Counted from the first letter of the stretch, positions 40,829 through 51,484 are shown. The stretch is DNA of 64,000 nucleotides from Oligoflexales bacterium (GCA_045105515.1 JBGCDR010000045.1:11720-75719); one strand, 5' to 3'. The notes: a model not told the origin generated them from the sequence alone. Translations and numbers: made by a program.

Positions 40829-41767
40829 ATGAGAGCTAAAAGTTTGGCTTCGCTTGCGCTTGGTCAATTGGTTTATTTATTGGTAGTTATTTTATTCGGG
40901 GCATATGTGCGAGCTACTGGCTCCGGTGCAGGTTGTGGTAGCCATTGGCCTTTGTGCAATGGTGAAGTGATACCAAGCGCTCCCCAGCTTAAAACAATTA
41001 TCGAATTTACTCACCGCATCAGTAGTGGTTTAGCACTGCCTTTTGCTCTCGCTTTGTATCTACTGATGAGGCGTTTTGTTTCTGATAATAAACAAGCGCT
41101 TGGTGCGGCTAAATGGTCGATTTTCTTCCTGCTCACCGAAGGTCTGCTTGGAGCTGGTTTGGTTCATTTTGAACATGTGGCTGAAAATACTTCAGCCTAT
41201 AGAGCGCTCTCCATGAGCTTGCATCTAATCAATACATTTACCCTCATGGCATTTGCAAGCCTGACTTGGTTTCGATTATCTGATTTCAAGAGGACATCAA
41301 GATCTGAGCGTAGTGAGCAAAAAAAGCTAGCTACCCAGATGTATATTTTCGGCGGAGGTACTGCAATCTTGGTTTTGGGAATTAGCGGTGCAATTACGGC
41401 ATTGGGAGATACGGTATTTCCAGTAACTAGTGCAGGGGGAGCTTTTTGGGAGAGTTTCAGCTCAAGTTCCCATCTGTTTGTAAAGCTTAGGATTTATCAC
41501 CCATTTTTGGCCGTGTCAGGAGGCGCGTTTTTAATCTATATGGGTCGTAAGCTGAGTACCATGGCTTATCATTTGCGTCTGCCAGCTCAGTGCTTAGCAG
41601 TCTTGGTGCTTTTTCAACTAGCGCTGGGCTACATTAATGTTAAGCTACATGCACCTGTTTGGCTGCAATTAACTCATCTACTATTTGCTGAGCTAATTTG
41701 GATCACCTATGTCATATTAGCAGCTATGGCTGTGCAAGAGCTTAGGAGCCAATTACGAGCCGCATAA
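40829..41767 (+). CDS. ctaA: Heme A synthase, COX15/CtaA family
   Basis: GAYVRATGSGAGCGSHWPLCNG, EFTHR, conserved His residues and multiple TM helices. Confidence 0.85.
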   Translation: MRAKSLASLALGQLVYLLVVILFGAYVRATGSGAGCGSHWPLCNGEVIPSAPQLKTIIEFTHRISSGLALPFALALYLLMRRFVSDNKQALGAAKWSIFFLLTEGLLGAGLVHFEHVAENTSAYRALSMSLHLINTFTLMAFASLTWFRLSDFKRTSRSERSEQKKLATQMYIFGGGTAILVLGISGAITALGDTVFPVTSAGGAFWESFSSSSHLFVKLRIYHPFLAVSGGAFLIYMGRKLSTMAYHLRLPAQCLAVLVLFQLALGYINVKLHAPVWLQLTHLLFAELIWITYVILAAMAVQELRSQLRAA

Positions 41768-41778
41768 TGTGCTCGTTG

Positions 41779-41964
41779 CTAAGATTTTTGCACATCTATT
41801 TTAGGCTTATTCTCTTCTTCAGACATTTGAGTACTTTTCATCCCTGTACGCAAGTTACTGATAAATTCCCCTATAGATCCACCCAGCTGAGGGAGTTTCT
41901 TAGGGCCAAAAAGTAGCAATGCTATTCCTAAAATAATAAGCCATTCTGAAGAGCCAGGCATCAT
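41779..41964 (-). CDS. tatA: Twin-arginine translocase TatA/E subunit
   Basis: EWLIILGIALLLFGPKKLPQLGGSIG. Confidence 0.92.
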   Translation of the reverse strand: MMPGSSEWLIILGIALLLFGPKKLPQLGGSIGEFISNLRTGMKSTQMSEEENKPKIDVQKS

Positions 41965-42109
41965 AGCCAGTCATCCTTCCTAAATGCATATGGGTATTTG
42001 CTAAAAGGAATAGGTTAGCCTATTCCTGCCGGATTCGGCATGCTAGCAAAATGTTTGGTAACTGGAAATAGTTTTTGCGGCAATTGAGTTTGGAATCTTA
42101 TGCTTTGCT

Positions 42110-42133
42110 AATTTGAATTTGCAAATTCAAATT
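42110..42133. repeat. Perfect 24-bp palindrome
   Basis: AATTTGAATTTGCAAATTCAAATT equals its own reverse complement; lies between yjbQ and tatA. Confidence 0.8.
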
Positions 42134-42139
42134 TCTGTC

Positions 42140-42550
42140 TTAAGAATCTAAAAACTTCACCAAAATCCGCCTATTTTGTGCTGCTTTCCTGAATTCAGCT
42201 AGGTAGATCCCCTGCCAAGTTCCTAGCAGGACTTCCCCCTGTTCTATAGGCAGGCATAAAGACTGTTGCAATAATATTGATTTCATATGGGATGGAGAAT
42301 CATCAGGACCTTCCGCTGTATGCTTGATAAAGCTCAAGTGCTCTGGGGCTAAATGGCGTAAAAAAACTTCCATATCGATTCGTGCGCTATCGTCAAAAGC
42401 TTCGCTTATTGTGAGGGCACAACTTGTATGCATTATAAATAAATACATTATTCCACTTTGATAAGCTGCTGCTGTGCTTTGTACTTGTTCCGTAATATTA
42501 TAAAAGCGCTCGCCATCTGTATTTAAAATAAGCTCTTTTACCTTGGCCAT
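42140..42550 (-). CDS. yjbQ: YjbQ/UPF0047 family protein
   Basis: HTSCALTISE, HTAEGPDDSPSHMKS and LGTWQGIYLAEF. Confidence 0.92.
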   Translation of the reverse strand: MAKVKELILNTDGERFYNITEQVQSTAAAYQSGIMYLFIMHTSCALTISEAFDDSARIDMEVFLRHLAPEHLSFIKHTAEGPDDSPSHMKSILLQQSLCLPIEQGEVLLGTWQGIYLAEFRKAAQNRRILVKFLDS

Positions 42551-42868
42551 ATCAGAATCCTTATGTCATTGACTGTAAGTATTTTGCCATTCTTCTCTAC
42601 TTATCGGTATAAATTCAGAACATAATATTAAAATTATTGTCTTTCCATAAATTAAAGAGTAGTTAAGAAAGGTTGACCTATTCTTATCGAATTTAAACGG
42701 CGTCTGCATAGTAAACATTTGAGAATTGGTTTTCAAAAGTTGTTGAGGTTTGGAGAAAATTAAAATGCGCAAGTGGCTAAAAAGCTTAAAATTCTGGCAA
42801 AAGAAGAAAAGCGAACCCAATGAAGTTTATGTAAGGCTTATGGGCACTGTGCTTAAGTAATTCTTTAG

Positions 42869-44335
42869 CTATTTTAAACCACAACGGTTTAACATGCTGT
42901 CATACCTTGCCTTAGCTTCTTTAAGATGCTCTTGAAAATCTACAGAATGCCTGATGCTTGCCTCAAACTGGCCATCCTTTCCCATGAACGTTCCATTGCA
43001 AATCATTTGGTAGATTGCTCGGTTGCTGTCACCCATGGCGATTGTATGGAGAGATCGGGATGGCCATATGCTAGGATCATCAAAGTCCCAAATGATTAGG
43101 TTGGCAAGGTGATCTTTGGCAATTTTTCCAACTTGTAGCTGCGGATGAATGGAGCCGGGTATGTCCCAAACTTTACTCAATAGGGTTTCAGAACTGCATT
43201 GCATGCGGGATTTTTCCCAGAGCTGCTGCCTTTCCTTGCTTAGGTTGCTAAGGTCTTGCTTACTATTTCCAGATAAGAAATCTAAATAAGAATTTGAGCG
43301 GCTCAGATTATACATGGGCATTCCGGCAACAAATCTGAGCTCCTTTTGTATATTCATCGAATCATTGCTAGCTACACAGTCTGTCCCGATACACCATGGA
43401 ATTTGGTAGTGGTCCCAAAGATCTGTAGCAGAAGGTAAGGCAAAAACGAGGGATGAAAAAGGACAAAAGCAGAGATTTATCTGTTTTCCTTTCCCGAGAA
43501 TTTCCAGATCATTCTTATCTGAGAATATATTGTGAACAGCAAGGACTTGAATATTTTCGCTAAAAAGCCCTAGCTTGGAGAGCCATGAAACGGGTGAACA
43601 CCCTTCACGTTCCAAAATGCGTTTATATTCTTCCACGGATTGAGATATGTGGCAGTGAATGGGAATCTGTAATTTCTTTGCATCCAAGATTACCTTTTTC
43701 CACAAGTCCGCGCTGCATGTGTCGCTTGCATGGGGTCCAAAAGCTGCAAAAATTCCACTTTCTCTGTTATCAGTATCTTGATGAATGGTTAGAGTTTTCT
43801 CCCACTCTTCTTCCCAGCGGTTTTTTCCAGGCCCTGCAAGATCTTGTAAAGTAGGTGCCACGACCCCAGTGAGCCCTACCTCTTTCAAGGCATTGGCAAT
43901 CGCAGTTCCGTGGTAATAGTGATCCCATACAAGTCCTACACCATTTAAGATGTTTTCATAAGCTCCAATGCGGCTGAATGCTAGTACATCTTCATAGGTA
44001 AGGTAAGATTCTATATGATAAAAGAGATCTTCTATCATATTACCTTTCGTGCTTGTTACGCTTGCTGAAAGCCCCCTAAAAAGGTTCATTGTTATATGAG
44101 TGTGAGGGTTAATAAATGCCGGAGTTAGAAGCTTATTCTCATAAACTCGTAAATCTGGAATTTCCTGCTTCCATGATTTTAGGGATTTTTGCCAGTCCTC
44201 TGAAGGAGAGGTTCTTAACTTGCTGATCATTCCGTCTTCCCAGGACACTAAAGCGCTTGATAGTTTTGACGGAGTATTGGGTATAAATGCTAACTCGCAG
44301 GCAATACTAAAAGAGTTTTTTTGGAGAGTATTCAA
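42869..44335 (-). CDS. Metal-dependent amidohydrolase (nucleoside/heterocycle deaminase-like)
   Basis: PAFINPHTH, GPHA, IHCHISQS, AVH, CP, GTDCVASND and ANLIIWD. Confidence 0.85.
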   Translation of the reverse strand: MNTLQKNSFSIACELAFIPNTPSKLSSALVSWEDGMISKLRTSPSEDWQKSLKSWKQEIPDLRVYENKLLTPAFINPHTHITMNLFRGLSASVTSTKGNMIEDLFYHIESYLTYEDVLAFSRIGAYENILNGVGLVWDHYYHGTAIANALKEVGLTGVVAPTLQDLAGPGKNRWEEEWEKTLTIHQDTDNRESGIFAAFGPHASDTCSADLWKKVILDAKKLQIPIHCHISQSVEEYKRILEREGCSPVSWLSKLGLFSENIQVLAVHNIFSDKNDLEILGKGKQINLCFCPFSSLVFALPSATDLWDHYQIPWCIGTDCVASNDSMNIQKELRFVAGMPMYNLSRSNSYLDFLSGNSKQDLSNLSKERQQLWEKSRMQCSSETLLSKVWDIPGSIHPQLQVGKIAKDHLANLIIWDFDDPSIWPSRSLHTIAMGDSNRAIYQMICNGTFMGKDGQFEASIRHSVDFQEHLKEAKARYDSMLNRCGLK

Positions 44336-44478
44336 TTAATATCCTTTGCTTTAACTGAGACAGCAATCTTAAGAGTTAATTTTGCATGTAAGCACCATAA
44401 GCTTCAGCTTGGAACTAAGGTAGATTAGCATTATGGTCTTCAGCATGGAATTATAAATTAATGCATTTTAAGTAGTTT

Positions 44479-45219
44479 TTAAAAATTTGTCCTGAGATTG
44501 TGTACACGAAACTCTAGGCTATCTTTTACTTCAGATTTAGCTTTTTTCTTTGCCATGTAAGAGCCTACCCTGCCAAGGTCATTTATATTTGTTGCTGCTA
44601 TTTGGTACCCTACGAGTAGTGTGTGAGATCCGTATTCATAAAATAAGTAAATATTTGAACTTCCGAGTAATAGGTAGTCTCCTTTAGAAGCCTCAGTTAT
44701 CAAAATTTTGCTTGGTTCTCCAAGGTTTGAATCAAGTTTGCTAAGATTTTTCCAGTGACTTCCTTTGTTGTCTTGATCGTAAAGTGAGATGGTGGTTTGC
44801 GAAGTGATACTCGTCAATGAAATTCGAAAAAACCTCACTGCTGTGGTTGTTTCAACGAGATCATCAGCAAGTTTACGTGCAGTTTGATCTTTGTAAATCG
44901 ATGCGTGGAAAGATTCGCTTGTAACCAATTCCCAATGAAATTTATCGGGCTTTTTGTCTTTGAGAATTGCAGCGTATTTTGAAGCAATAATAAGGCTGTC
45001 AGGAAGGTCAAAAAAATCGTTGATATCAGCATGTTTTAAAAAACCATGATTCTGGTTATCGTCGTCCAAAATGATACTTGATAAGTGCATTTCGTTATTA
45101 TTTAACAAGGATTTTGGGTTAATTAAATATGAAAAATTATCATGAGTATTAACTGTAATTGCGAGACTTAAGGAAGAAAAACACAGAATCAGTATCGGTA
45201 GAAATATATTTTTGATCAT
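44479..45219 (-). CDS. Secreted hypothetical protein
   Basis: Signal peptide MIKNIFLPILILCFSSLSLA; AAGGA ribosome-binding site; no family recognised. Confidence 0.65.
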   Translation of the reverse strand: MIKNIFLPILILCFSSLSLAITVNTHDNFSYLINPKSLLNNNEMHLSSIILDDDNQNHGFLKHADINDFFDLPDSLIIASKYAAILKDKKPDKFHWELVTSESFHASIYKDQTARKLADDLVETTTAVRFFRISLTSITSQTTISLYDQDNKGSHWKNLSKLDSNLGEPSKILITEASKGDYLLLGSSNIYLFYEYGSHTLLVGYQIAATNINDLGRVGSYMAKKKAKSEVKDSLEFRVHNLRTNF

Positions 45220-45615
45220 AGATTATTCCTTTTTAAAGGGCTTAACTATACCAATGAGATCAACGAAAATACTAAAGCAACACCTTAATATCCACTTAAA
45301 ATTTTAAACTATTTAAATATTTTCTTTGAAATTAATGAAGTTTAGACAAAACAATGGTGTACATTTAAAAGTAAAAATCTAAGTCTTTATTAACTTTTAA
45401 CAAACATAGGAAATTTTCATCAATCAGAGGGACCACTTGATAGCTTTGAAAAACCTGTTCTTTTTAAAAAATAGGTTTTTATTGTCATTGAATATAAATG
45501 GATTTGACAACAAAACATTGATTTTTCAGTTTCATATGTTAACAAGCACGTTGGTTGAAAAAATAGTATGTGCAGTATAAAAAGTAGCCTCAATAACCGT
45601 CCACAAGGGATAAAC

Positions 45616-46317
45616 ATGGAAACCCTTATCTATCAAGGTAAGTCTTTGAAGTTTTTCTATCCAATGGGAAGTAAAAAGCTTAAGGCATTAGATTGTCCAA
45701 ATTTGAACCTTCCAAAGGGTAAGCTAATTGCCCTTGCCGGACCTTCTGGCTCAGGCAAGTCTACACTGTTAAATTTACTGGGATTGATAGAGCCTATTCA
45801 GGAAGGCTCCATGTTATTTGCTGGTTATGATATAGGCAAACTCTCAGAAAAAGAAAAAACCCAAATTAGGCGTGATGATTTAGGCTTCGTTTTTCAAGAT
45901 TTCCTATTATTTGATGCTCTTACTGCTTGGGAAAATGTTGCATATTTCTTAAAAAACATTCCTATTTCAGCAACGGAGCGGAATCAGCGGGTAAACAGTT
46001 CTCTTGAGGCTGTTGGTCTCAAAGAACATACCAGTAAGCTGCCCCTTGAATTGAGTGGAGGTCAAAAGCAGCGGGTCGCAATAGCTCGAGCGATCGCGAA
46101 ACGGCCGAAAGTAATCATTGCTGATGAACCAACGGCTAGTCTTGATCAAAATACCGGTCGTATGATTATGAATATCTTCTGTTCTCTAACCAAAAAATCG
46201 GGAACTACAGTCATCTTTGCTAGTCACGATCCTATGGCACTCGAATTTGCTGAACTCCGAATAAAGCTTATAGATGGTCATGCAGAGTTGGTAAAGAAGC
46301 AGAAGGAGGTCACATAG
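45616..46317 (+). CDS. ABC transporter ATPase (LolD/MacB-like)
   Basis: GPSGSGKST, LSGGQKQRVAIARA, ADEPT and SHD; ATG at 45616 after AAGGGA. Confidence 0.93.
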   Translation: METLIYQGKSLKFFYPMGSKKLKALDCPNLNLPKGKLIALAGPSGSGKSTLLNLLGLIEPIQEGSMLFAGYDIGKLSEKEKTQIRRDDLGFVFQDFLLFDALTAWENVAYFLKNIPISATERNQRVNSSLEAVGLKEHTSKLPLELSGGQKQRVAIARAIAKRPKVIIADEPTASLDQNTGRMIMNIFCSLTKKSGTTVIFASHDPMALEFAELRIKLIDGHAELVKKQKEVT

Positions 46318-47537
46318 TGGAAGCATTTTCAATAACCTTGAAGCTTGCGTTTCGCAACCTTGTGAGAAATAAGCGTCGATCAGTTGCAGTTTTACTGACA
46401 ATTATTGCAGGAACAAGCTCATTGTTTCTATTTGATGGCTTTAATACAGGAATTATGAATCAATACCGCGAGAATACGATCCATGCTCGTTATGGCTATG
46501 GGCAGATTAATTCAAAAGGCTATCATGACCAAGTTTATGAAAAACCTTGGGATCATTGGATAGAAGATGCCGACAGAGTTTTAAGTGAAATCCGTAGTAT
46601 TCCTCAAGTTACGCACGTTTTTCCCCGGATAGAGTTTTACGGCCTTTTAAATAATGGTCAGATTTCCCTCAGTGGCAGAGGACAAGGGATCGATGGGCTT
46701 GCTGAAATGGGGTTCTTCAACACCCTAAATATTGTCGAAGGTAAAGCACTGAGTGATGAGATTGATGGACTTGTCCTTGGTCAAGGTTTGGCAAAGTCTC
46801 TAAATGCACGAGTTGGAGATCGCATCACTTTGTTAGCAAATACGATTTATGGGAGCATCAATGGGGTTGACCTCGTAGTGACAGGTATATTCCATACAGG
46901 TGCTAAGGAATTCGATGATGTGGTTTTCCGTTTGCCTTTAAAACTTAGCCAAGAGCTTTTAGACACAAAGAAGATTGAAAAATTTGCTCTTGGGCTTGAT
47001 CAATTAAGCTCGTGGGACCAGGTAACCGAGGAAATAACTAAAAACCATCAGGGACTTGAGGCAATACCTTTTGCTGTCTTAGATAAGGTTTACTATCAGC
47101 ACGCGGTTGATTGGCTTGGCTCACAGTTTCAGGTTATAAAGTTGATTATCCTGGTGATCGTGCTACTTGGAATCTTTAATACCGTATCTACAAGTGTCCT
47201 TGAACGTAAACAAGAAGTTGGTAATTTAAGGGCTAATGGCGAATCCGCTGGGCAAGTTATCAGCCTATTTTTGACCGAAGGGGGAATTCTAGGCTTGATA
47301 GGAGCTATGATCGGTATCGCCTTTACCATCCTGTTGAATATGAGTATTTTAGGAAACGGCATCCTCATGCCGCCCAGTCCAGGTATCACCAGGCAGTTTA
47401 GAGTTTTTATCGAGCTACAGTTATTCGGCTCGGCTGAGTCTTTTCTACTTTGTCTACTTTGCGTCATAATTGGTACCTTTTTTGCATCTGTCCAGGTCGT
47501 CCGTATGCCTATTGGTAAAGCACTTCGCAGCCTGTAA
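46317..47537 (+). CDS. ABC permease, LolC/E-FtsX type
   Basis: LAFRNLVRNKRRS, one TM plus a large periplasmic domain plus three TMs, and ERKQEVGNLRANG. Confidence 0.92.
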   Translation: MEAFSITLKLAFRNLVRNKRRSVAVLLTIIAGTSSLFLFDGFNTGIMNQYRENTIHARYGYGQINSKGYHDQVYEKPWDHWIEDADRVLSEIRSIPQVTHVFPRIEFYGLLNNGQISLSGRGQGIDGLAEMGFFNTLNIVEGKALSDEIDGLVLGQGLAKSLNARVGDRITLLANTIYGSINGVDLVVTGIFHTGAKEFDDVVFRLPLKLSQELLDTKKIEKFALGLDQLSSWDQVTEEITKNHQGLEAIPFAVLDKVYYQHAVDWLGSQFQVIKLIILVIVLLGIFNTVSTSVLERKQEVGNLRANGESAGQVISLFLTEGGILGLIGAMIGIAFTILLNMSILGNGILMPPSPGITRQFRVFIELQLFGSAESFLLCLLCVIIGTFFASVQVVRMPIGKALRSL

Positions 47538-47548
47538 TAGGAGGAGCT

Positions 47549-48286
47549 ATGGGTTTCTTTAATCCGAGAAAAATGTCTTTCCGATTCTTTAGTTGTTTAT
47601 TGTTGATTGTTTTATCTGACGTAGCTTGGGCAAAGATAGATGCTGCGGCCATTCTTAAGGAGGCTGATGCCATTCGTAACCCAAAGGAAGATTTTCAGAT
47701 GCTGGTTACGATTCAATCCTCTGGTGGGGAGGAGAAAGAGTTTAAGGTGATGACGAAAGGTAATAATCGTACCATCGTTGAAACCCTGGCTCCCAGGCGA
47801 GATAAAGGCAGAGACCTGCTGATGGTCGATGAGAATATGTGGGTTTTTATTCCAAATTTAAAGCGTACAGTTCGGGTTAGCCTGAATCAAAAATTAAGTG
47901 GTGAAGCAGCCAATGGTGATATTAGTCGAATGCGATGGGCAATGGATTACGCCGCTAAAATCGTAGGTTCTGATGTAAAATCTTGGACACTATTGCTAGA
48001 GGCTAATAAAAAGGGGCTGACTTACGAAAAGATCATAGCATTTGTTGAAAAAGGCAGTTTTAGACCGCTGGGAGCGAAATATTTAACAAAGTCAGGCAAA
48101 GTCTTAAAAGACGCTGAATTCAAAGCTTATAAGCTGTTAGCTGGAAAAGTTCGGCCCAGTCAGATTGTAATCAAAGATGCGATTAAAAAGGGGAAGTTTT
48201 CAACCATTGTGATTAAGGAAATGTCAGTGAAATCACTTCCATCTTCGAAATTTAACTTAAGTGGTTTTCAGACTAGGAGTCGCTAG
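47549..48286 (+). CDS. LolA-like outer-membrane lipoprotein-sorting protein
   Basis: Signal peptide; APRRDKG..LL, NMWVFIPNLKRTVRVS and GKVLK motifs; typical position after a LolCDE-like transporter. Confidence 0.8.
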   Translation: MGFFNPRKMSFRFFSCLLLIVLSDVAWAKIDAAAILKEADAIRNPKEDFQMLVTIQSSGGEEKEFKVMTKGNNRTIVETLAPRRDKGRDLLMVDENMWVFIPNLKRTVRVSLNQKLSGEAANGDISRMRWAMDYAAKIVGSDVKSWTLLLEANKKGLTYEKIIAFVEKGSFRPLGAKYLTKSGKVLKDAEFKAYKLLAGKVRPSQIVIKDAIKKGKFSTIVIKEMSVKSLPSSKFNLSGFQTRSR

Positions 48287-49464
48287 TGAACCGCTTTTCT
48301 TTTATTGTTCTAATTTGGTTTAATTGTTTGCTACCTTCTTTGCTAGGAGGAGTAAGTACTGACAAAGAACTCGGACTCGAAGTACTATGGGATCTCGAAT
48401 TAGAGCGCTTTAGGGTTTTTCGTCCCCATGGTAAAGCCCAGATAGATTTTGACTCAGAATCTGGGATGTACAATATGAGTCTTTCATTTTTGGCCTGGAT
48501 GAATGAAGCAGCTGATGTGGAAAATCAGTTGGACCAATCTAGAATTGAAGCCCGTTCTGCGCTGTTTAATTTCTTTTTTGACTCTTACCTTGTCTCAATA
48601 GGTCAGATGATTGTTGATTGGGGTGAAACTTTTGGCTATCGGCCTTCGGATTTAGTAAATGCGAGGGATTTAAGGAATTTCCCACCTCTAGATCTTGATG
48701 CTAATAAAATTCCTGTAACAGCAATGAGATTTGCAGGTTCGTTAGATTTTCTGCAAGGAGAATTCATTTTTAGTCCCTTGAGTTCCTACCCTCTATTGCC
48801 TAAACGTCTTGCTGACGGTAGTACCTTACGAGCTCCAACGAGGAACGAATCATGGTTTGAACAATCTGAATATGGGATGAAGCTAGGTATCTTACTTGGC
48901 TCGGGAAATATAGACTTTTATACCTACAAGCATCTTAATCGGATCCCTATACTAGACTTAAGCTCTGAAGGATGGAGGTCTCATTACGAGATTCTAGATT
49001 CTTTTGGTCTGAACTCTGCATTTAGTTTTGATAGTTTTGTAATTCGATGCGATGGACTTTTAAGTCCACGTCACCCCATACTCGTGCGAGCGTTTTCAGA
49101 TTTGAAGGAGTATGACAGGTACTTCTCTTTGACTTTTGGTTTAGACTGGAGCTATGAGCAGGTGTCCTTGCTGGGATTGCAGGCTCACCTTGAACGTTAC
49201 CCTATTAAAAAAGAACCAAACCAAAAAGGCATTAGTATGCAAGCTCGTCATGAACTATCGAATTTTAATGTTAGCCTTGCTCTCTCACTTTATCGGGGTT
49301 TTATCCACAAAGATCACCGTGAGGAGATCAAACTAAGCAAGAAGGTTGGGCCTAACTTAGATTTAAGCATTGGGCTTGAGCGTCTGTTCTGGGTTGAAAA
49401 TTCACCTATTGCCTTGACAGCAAATTCGCGAAGCTTTACTGGCAAGATAGCCTATCAATTTTGA
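48286..49464 (+). CDS. Putative outer-membrane beta-barrel protein (DUF1302-like)
   Basis: Signal peptide, IGQMIVDWG...PSDLVN motif, alternating beta strands and C-terminal YQF. Confidence 0.65.
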   Translation: MNRFSFIVLIWFNCLLPSLLGGVSTDKELGLEVLWDLELERFRVFRPHGKAQIDFDSESGMYNMSLSFLAWMNEAADVENQLDQSRIEARSALFNFFFDSYLVSIGQMIVDWGETFGYRPSDLVNARDLRNFPPLDLDANKIPVTAMRFAGSLDFLQGEFIFSPLSSYPLLPKRLADGSTLRAPTRNESWFEQSEYGMKLGILLGSGNIDFYTYKHLNRIPILDLSSEGWRSHYEILDSFGLNSAFSFDSFVIRCDGLLSPRHPILVRAFSDLKEYDRYFSLTFGLDWSYEQVSLLGLQAHLERYPIKKEPNQKGISMQARHELSNFNVSLALSLYRGFIHKDHREEIKLSKKVGPNLDLSIGLERLFWVENSPIALTANSRSFTGKIAYQF

Positions 49465-49473
49465 GGAAGGCTT

Positions 49474-50433
49474 ATGCATAAAATTAAGGTTTTATATAAC
49501 AAGAAAGCATCTCAGGAGAGCTCGAAATCCTGGCGAAAAGAAATAGAGTTGAAACTATTCCGCAGTAAAGTTGATTTTATTACAGCTGAGTCGCGCGAAG
49601 AGTTTGTAGATAAACTAAAAATCGTTTCCTCAACAAATACTGATGCTGTGATTTGTGTTGGCGGAGATGGTACCTTTAATACTATCTTACAAGAACTTTC
49701 ACGGATTAAAATCCCCTTTTTAGTTGTTCCAACCGGAACCGCAAATGACTTGGCTCACGACCTTGGAATGGATGGTAAAATCGGAAAAGCCATAGAATCT
49801 GTACGCTCAGGCCAATGCAAAGTTATTGATTTGATTAAAGTTAATGATCAACTTATGGCAAGCAATGGAGGAATTGGTTTAGTTGGAGAAGTAGCGGGTA
49901 TGGTGAATCGCTACCGAGATACCGTTCCAGGTTTTAAGCAGGCTATGCGCTTGCTTAAGAGTCATACTTATAGCGTTATGGTAGCTTCTCGTTTGTTTCA
50001 GCCTTTTAAACCCGTTGTAATGAAGATTGAGTCTGATGGGTTTGAAGGTGAAATATCCTCAGGTCTTCTCTTGGTTAATAATCAGCCTTGCATAGGTGGT
50101 CATTTTGTCATTGCTCCAGATACACAAAATAGTGATGGACATTTCAACGTTACCATATTCACACATAATTCAAGGATTTCAATTGCAGCAGCTATTCTAA
50201 GAGTACTCCGGGGTTTGCCTCTGGATCATGATCCCGGAATCATCACCTTTGAAACTTCAGAATTAAAAGTAAAGGCTTCCAGTCCACTCAGATTTTTTGG
50301 AGATGGAGAACTATTAACTGAAGATAAAAATATACGTTTTTCATTGTTGCCTAAGGCCATCAAAATCTTTCAACCATTTTGTAGCCAAACAAACTATGCT
50401 AAGCCCATAGCAGCTATGGAGCAATTAATATGA
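49474..50433 (+). CDS. Diacylglycerol/sphingosine kinase family (YegS/DgkB) lipid kinase
   Basis: GGDGT, PTGTANDLA, IDL, NQPCIGG and DGE. Confidence 0.88.
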   Translation: MHKIKVLYNKKASQESSKSWRKEIELKLFRSKVDFITAESREEFVDKLKIVSSTNTDAVICVGGDGTFNTILQELSRIKIPFLVVPTGTANDLAHDLGMDGKIGKAIESVRSGQCKVIDLIKVNDQLMASNGGIGLVGEVAGMVNRYRDTVPGFKQAMRLLKSHTYSVMVASRLFQPFKPVVMKIESDGFEGEISSGLLLVNNQPCIGGHFVIAPDTQNSDGHFNVTIFTHNSRISIAAAILRVLRGLPLDHDPGIITFETSELKVKASSPLRFFGDGELLTEDKNIRFSLLPKAIKIFQPFCSQTNYAKPIAAMEQLI

Positions 50434-51470
50434 GTAAAATCTTCGTTACGGGTGGCACTGGATTTTTAGGAAGACTGGTTCTTGAACAATTGCTAACCAA
50501 TGGGCATGAGGTGGTTGCTCTTGCCCGTAAACGTAGTTTGAGCACCATTGATATCGAGAATTGCTCAATGCTTAAATGGGTTGAAGGAGATATTTGTGAG
50601 GCGCAGGTTTTAGCTAATCCTGATGACTTTGAAATCCTAGCTGACTGTAAGCAAATCATCCATGCTGCAGCCCTATATGATCTGACTGCTTCCCCTTCGC
50701 TACTCTACGATGCAAATGTTGTAGGAACCCATAATATCCTTTCTTTAGCGGAAAAAATTAAAAATTTAGAAGCATTTCACCATATCAGTACCCTAGCTAT
50801 TGCTGGCGATTATAAAGGCATATTTACTGAGGAAATGTTCGACGAAGGGCAAGAATTTCCCGAAGCTTACAGCTCAACCAAATTTGCTGCAGAGGGATGT
50901 ATCAGGCAATGGTTAAGCCCTGTTTCAAAGTATATTCATCGCTTAGGAGTGGTGGTCGGGCACAGTAAAACGGGAGTATTTACAAAAGTTGATGGCCCTT
51001 ATTATTTAATTCGAGGTCTTAAACGTTTACTGAATTTGTTACCCTGGTTGCGGTTAAGCCCAATTTACCCGATTCCATACTGTGAAAAAGCACGGATCTT
51101 TTTGGTGCCTGTTGATGTTGCTGTAAATGCATTGGTACAGGTAGTAAATTCACCAATAAAGCCGATCAGAGGATTAATTAAGACTTATCATATCATGGGT
51201 GAACTTGGGGGAATTCCTATTCGTTTTCTCTTGGAAAGGGTCTTTGGTGAGTTCAAATGTGGTCATATGTTCACTCCTTTTCCATCCAGCCCTCTAACCG
51301 AAGTGAGTTTAAAAGCACTTGGGATACCTAAGCAGACTGAAGTTTATATGCGGTCAAAATGCAGGTTTACCACAAATAAAATTTGCAAAGATTATCCTAC
51401 TATTATCTTTCCAAAATTTGAAGATTATGGGCCATCTATGCTTAAATATGCTCGGCAGAATCTAATTTAA
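50430..51470 (+). CDS. Extended SDR reductase (fatty acyl reductase N-domain-like)
   Basis: FVTGGTGFLG, HAAALYDL, NVVGT, HIST, YSSTK and DGPYY. Confidence 0.82.
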   Translation: MSKIFVTGGTGFLGRLVLEQLLTNGHEVVALARKRSLSTIDIENCSMLKWVEGDICEAQVLANPDDFEILADCKQIIHAAALYDLTASPSLLYDANVVGTHNILSLAEKIKNLEAFHHISTLAIAGDYKGIFTEEMFDEGQEFPEAYSSTKFAAEGCIRQWLSPVSKYIHRLGVVVGHSKTGVFTKVDGPYYLIRGLKRLLNLLPWLRLSPIYPIPYCEKARIFLVPVDVAVNALVQVVNSPIKPIRGLIKTYHIMGELGGIPIRFLLERVFGEFKCGHMFTPFPSSPLTEVSLKALGIPKQTEVYMRSKCRFTTNKICKDYPTIIFPKFEDYGPSMLKYARQNLI

Positions 51471-51484
51471 AATGGGACGATCTC

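Noticed and set aside
42566..42820. 84-aa ORF, plus other short ORFs nested antisense in long genes (for example 8959-9522, 31517-31943, 52669-53121, 59261-59746)
   Set aside because: No recognisable motifs or RBS; they overlap well-supported genes or likely promoter regions.
45220..45615. Very AT-rich 400-bp spacer as a possible origin or ncRNA
   Set aside because: No DnaA-box cluster or stable structure was seen; best explained as a divergent promoter region.
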